Below are positions 10,401-12,751 of a DNA stretch of 12,751 bases, piece by piece. This DNA is from Paraspadella gotoi (taxonomy: Eukaryota > Animalia > Chaetognatha). The stretch is from NCBI GenBank assembly GCA_051294375.1, contig JBJCIZ010001154.1, positions 1-12,751 on the forward strand, in the 5' to 3' direction. The position numbers and the translations under genes are program-made. The notes beneath the pieces are model-generated. The model ran no database searches. It saw nothing but the letters and a program-made list of their open reading frames with translations, and had not been told where the DNA came from. The first letter of the stretch is position 1. Each line of letters starts with the position of its first letter.

Positions 10401-11112
10401 ACAATTTTTTGTGGTGCTGCACCCATTGAGCGCCGATGAAGAATCTATGGTTCAAACAACGATGCATATTATTGATCATCGTCAAGGTTACGGTTAACAG
10501 AAACGTCACATGGTGACAGCAGATGTTTTCATTGTCTGAGGATGCAGCTCCCAGGCTCGATGCGAAATTTTAGTGCAGAACACGGAAGCACGAATTTGTG
10601 AATCCAGAAACTGGTCGAGAATGCAAATGAAGAGGAACAAAGGTTGAGATTTTGGTACGAGGGCCCACAAATTATGAAAGGCTATTTGAACAATACGAGG
10701 GCATCGGAAAGAAAGTTTTGTAGAAGGTTGGTTTCACCGGGAGATATTGGACGGTTTTTCCATCCGAAGGTCAACTTTATTTACTGGGCGTTTAAAGGAA
10801 ATGATCAAAGTACCAAAGGACATCAATTGGCGCCGGGGACGTTGGAAAATCGCTTCTCTTGAGCATCCTATGTGTTGATGCTGCTGTTGTTGGAGTAAAT
10901 GCTTCAGAGAGTAGAGAACTGCCTAAAGCGATTCTTGTTCTGAGAATGGGGAAAAAATGTTGACGAAGCTCATGTTCAAGAATTCATGAATCAAAGAATA
11001 ATGTCACATATGAGGTCTCCCGAGGCGGAGTGCAGTTCTTGGATAAAATCCGAGTCATCTTCGGGAAAATCTTAAGAGAAACTTAAGTGAAAAAAAAAAA
11101 CATTTTCAGTAA
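7472..11112 (+). CDS. Luciferase-like/4CL-like acyl-CoA synthetase, copy C (~3 coding exons; heavily frameshifted as written, possibly a pseudogene)
   Basis: Approximate exons 7472-7948, 8026-~8373, 10164-~11112. Recoverable peptides: SPLPPLDIPNVDFYKF, YIFASNCP, SG.TGLPK, CGAAPLS, RQGYG(L)TETS, GPQIMKGYLNN, GDIGRF, KGHQLAPGTLE, ELPKA, RGGVQFLDKI, SSGKILR. Start codon, the donor near 8373 and the stop are uncertain. Confidence 0.8.
8660..8714 (-). ncRNA. Degenerate hammerhead ribozyme motif, antisense copy
   Basis: Reverse complement ctgtatgttgaag-gactcta-actcta-tagagtc-gaaacatgtc-cgacttactttg; stems II and III intact, CUGANGA box disrupted. Confidence 0.5.
8715..8779 (+). ncRNA. Minimal type I hammerhead ribozyme motif
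   Basis: CUGAUGA 8727-8733; stem II GACUCU/AGAGUC (8737-8742/8753-8758); GAAA 8759-8762; palindromic ACAUGU stem III; GUC ending 8768; imperfect stem I caaagttgatgc/gacttactttg. Three extra A follow the core. Confidence 0.75.
10164..11112 (+). CDS. Copy C long terminal exon
   Basis: ctccag|(D)ECIMG..PF... continues to SSGKILR with no intron-sized gaps; many indels. Confidence 0.8.
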
Positions 11113-11116
11113 TAAA
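11111..11116 (+). promoter_or_regulatory. Putative polyadenylation signal of copy C
   Basis: AATAAA directly at the end of the coding similarity; AT-rich context makes a chance match possible. Confidence 0.35.
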
Positions 11117-11587
11117 GGCATGGGTACCTTAATTATTATAGTGTTGTAGATTATAGATTTTCTAATTTTTGTATATCCCATGTCTACCCAACGTTTTTAA
11201 TCTGAACATGATACCTATTGAGATTGTTACAGAATTTTCTGTAAATAATAAGCTTTTTATTTAATGATATAGATTCATTCTCTTTCTTTGCAGATCGATG
11301 GGGCTGTTGTAATATTGTAATGAAATACACAATGACACCATTTTTTTAAATTGAAAATTGGCTCTCAATATATTGTTGTTTCTCGAATATTGTTTATTAC
11401 AATTTAACGTGAAAGCATTTGTTTGCACATATTCTATGTTTTCTTTTATACCCGCATTTTAACACAGATGTGTCAATTGCAATCTTTATATCTTACTACG
11501 TGGGGTACATTCTTGTCAGATCTTCCACAACTTGCATTTATTGGGACGCTCAATTCTCACTCAGAAACAATCGAGGTTCATTTTCAG

Positions 11588-12150
11588 ATGTTCGTCTTTA
11601 TTCTTTCTCCATCACCGGCGCAAACCCGGGCCGGGCGCCATCATAGCCTACAGCCATTACTTCGCATACGACTCACCTATAAGTCTACTCGTCCAATCTC
11701 CTCCAGTTAGGAATTCCCGATGTGGATTTGTACAGTTTCGTCAAGAGTCTACTTGCGTCATCCTGAGGTAAACGTTTTCATCCCACATCGATCATTTGGA
11801 AATCTTGGACCCGGAACGATTGATTCTAGCACGGAACGATTGCGGAGTTCTGCAGAGGATTAGGCTTCAAGCAGGGGATAGTCTTCTGATTTGCGACCAA
11901 CTGCCGATATGCAGTTGGTGTGTTTGGGCCGCAATTGTCGCGGGAGGTCGTGTCTCCAACTAATACACGTCTATGTTCCCTATTCCACTTCATATCGCAG
12001 GTATGTACGTATGTAAATACGAAATGTAAAGGATAATTATTTCATTTGTTTTTTTGTCCGCAGATGAAGTTTCCAAAGCATCGCGATCCTCTCTTCCTCC
12101 CATTGACAACAACAGCGACGAAGCATTCGTGATTCCGACCAACTCAAAGA
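11588..12150 (+). CDS. Luciferase-like/4CL-like acyl-CoA synthetase, copy D (5' part only; heavily frameshifted)
   Basis: ttttcag|ATG at 11588; GIPDVDLYSFVKS, GKSWT, LGFKQGDSLLI.ATNC, AAIVAGG..SPTNT match B and C. Intron 12001-12063 (gtatgt...ccgcag), then DEVSK. Similarity is lost after ~12150. Confidence 0.72.
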
Positions 12151-12751
12151 TCTGCTGTCATAGGATTGCCGAGCAGGGCGGAAAGGACTCCGTTTTTGCG
12201 TCCTTGAGAGGACACAGATCATGTCAGACAAGTCACAGAGAGAGCAGACTCCAACGGTGGCAAATGAAAATGCAGCACATATATCCGAACGTGCGTAGAG
12301 GTAAAGCTCGATGAGGAATTACGTCAGATGACGGGCTATCTGTATAGTCTGATCATAGGCTGTATACGCGTTCTTCATTCCATGTCAGGACCGAAACTAC
12401 GATTCTGAGACAACGGACACGCAATCTTTCGCTGGCCGTAACGGAGGAAGAGCGGATCACTTGTCGCGCGAGAATCAGTGACTATAATACCGTGCATATT
12501 AGACTTAGAAGGCACGCAAGTAGCATGATGGACATGGATTAACTGCATGCTTTCCTTCTTCAGCAAGCGGAACGACTGGTCTGCCAAAGGCGCATTTTGA
12601 CTACACAGGAACATCGGCCAAATCAAGTTCAAACTGAGCGCAACGAACAGCCAAAGGTCTACGCACAGACTTAACGCAGGCAGCGCCCAGCTGATAGTAC
12701 AGTCACATCGCGAACTTCGGTTGTAAAATCGGCGAGACAAGGCATGCATAG

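Noticed and set aside
1660-11100. Programmed frameshifting or RNA editing as the cause of broken frames
   Set aside because: The indels are numerous, irregular and increase with position; sequencing error or decay is much simpler.
12375-12749. 124-aa minus-strand ORF
   Set aside because: No recognisable domain and located in the least reliable part of the window.

Overview
Eukaryotic, probably animal, genomic DNA: AT-rich GT-AG introns, microsatellites, no prokaryotic features. It holds a head-to-tail array of four + strand paralogs of the firefly-luciferase-like / 4-coumarate:CoA-ligase-like acyl-CoA synthetase family (ANL superfamily): copy A (3' end only, 3-551), copy B (9 exons, ~1485-5716), copy C (~3 coding exons, ~7472-11112) and copy D (5' part, from ~11588). 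The paralogs have very different intron layouts. B, and less clearly C and D, have presequence-like N-terminal extensions, and no clear PTS1 is seen. Copies B-D are broken by many 1-2 nt indels while motifs and splice sites persist, so I suspect unpolished long-read errors but cannot exclude pseudogenes. Non-coding highlights: an inverted pair of minimal type I hammerhead ribozyme motifs (Penelope/retrozyme style) in the large intron of copy C; an intron of copy B built from tandem copies of its own acceptor plus next-exon start; and two inverted copies of a DINE-1/HINE-like repeat between B and C. All alignments were done by eye and no searches were run.
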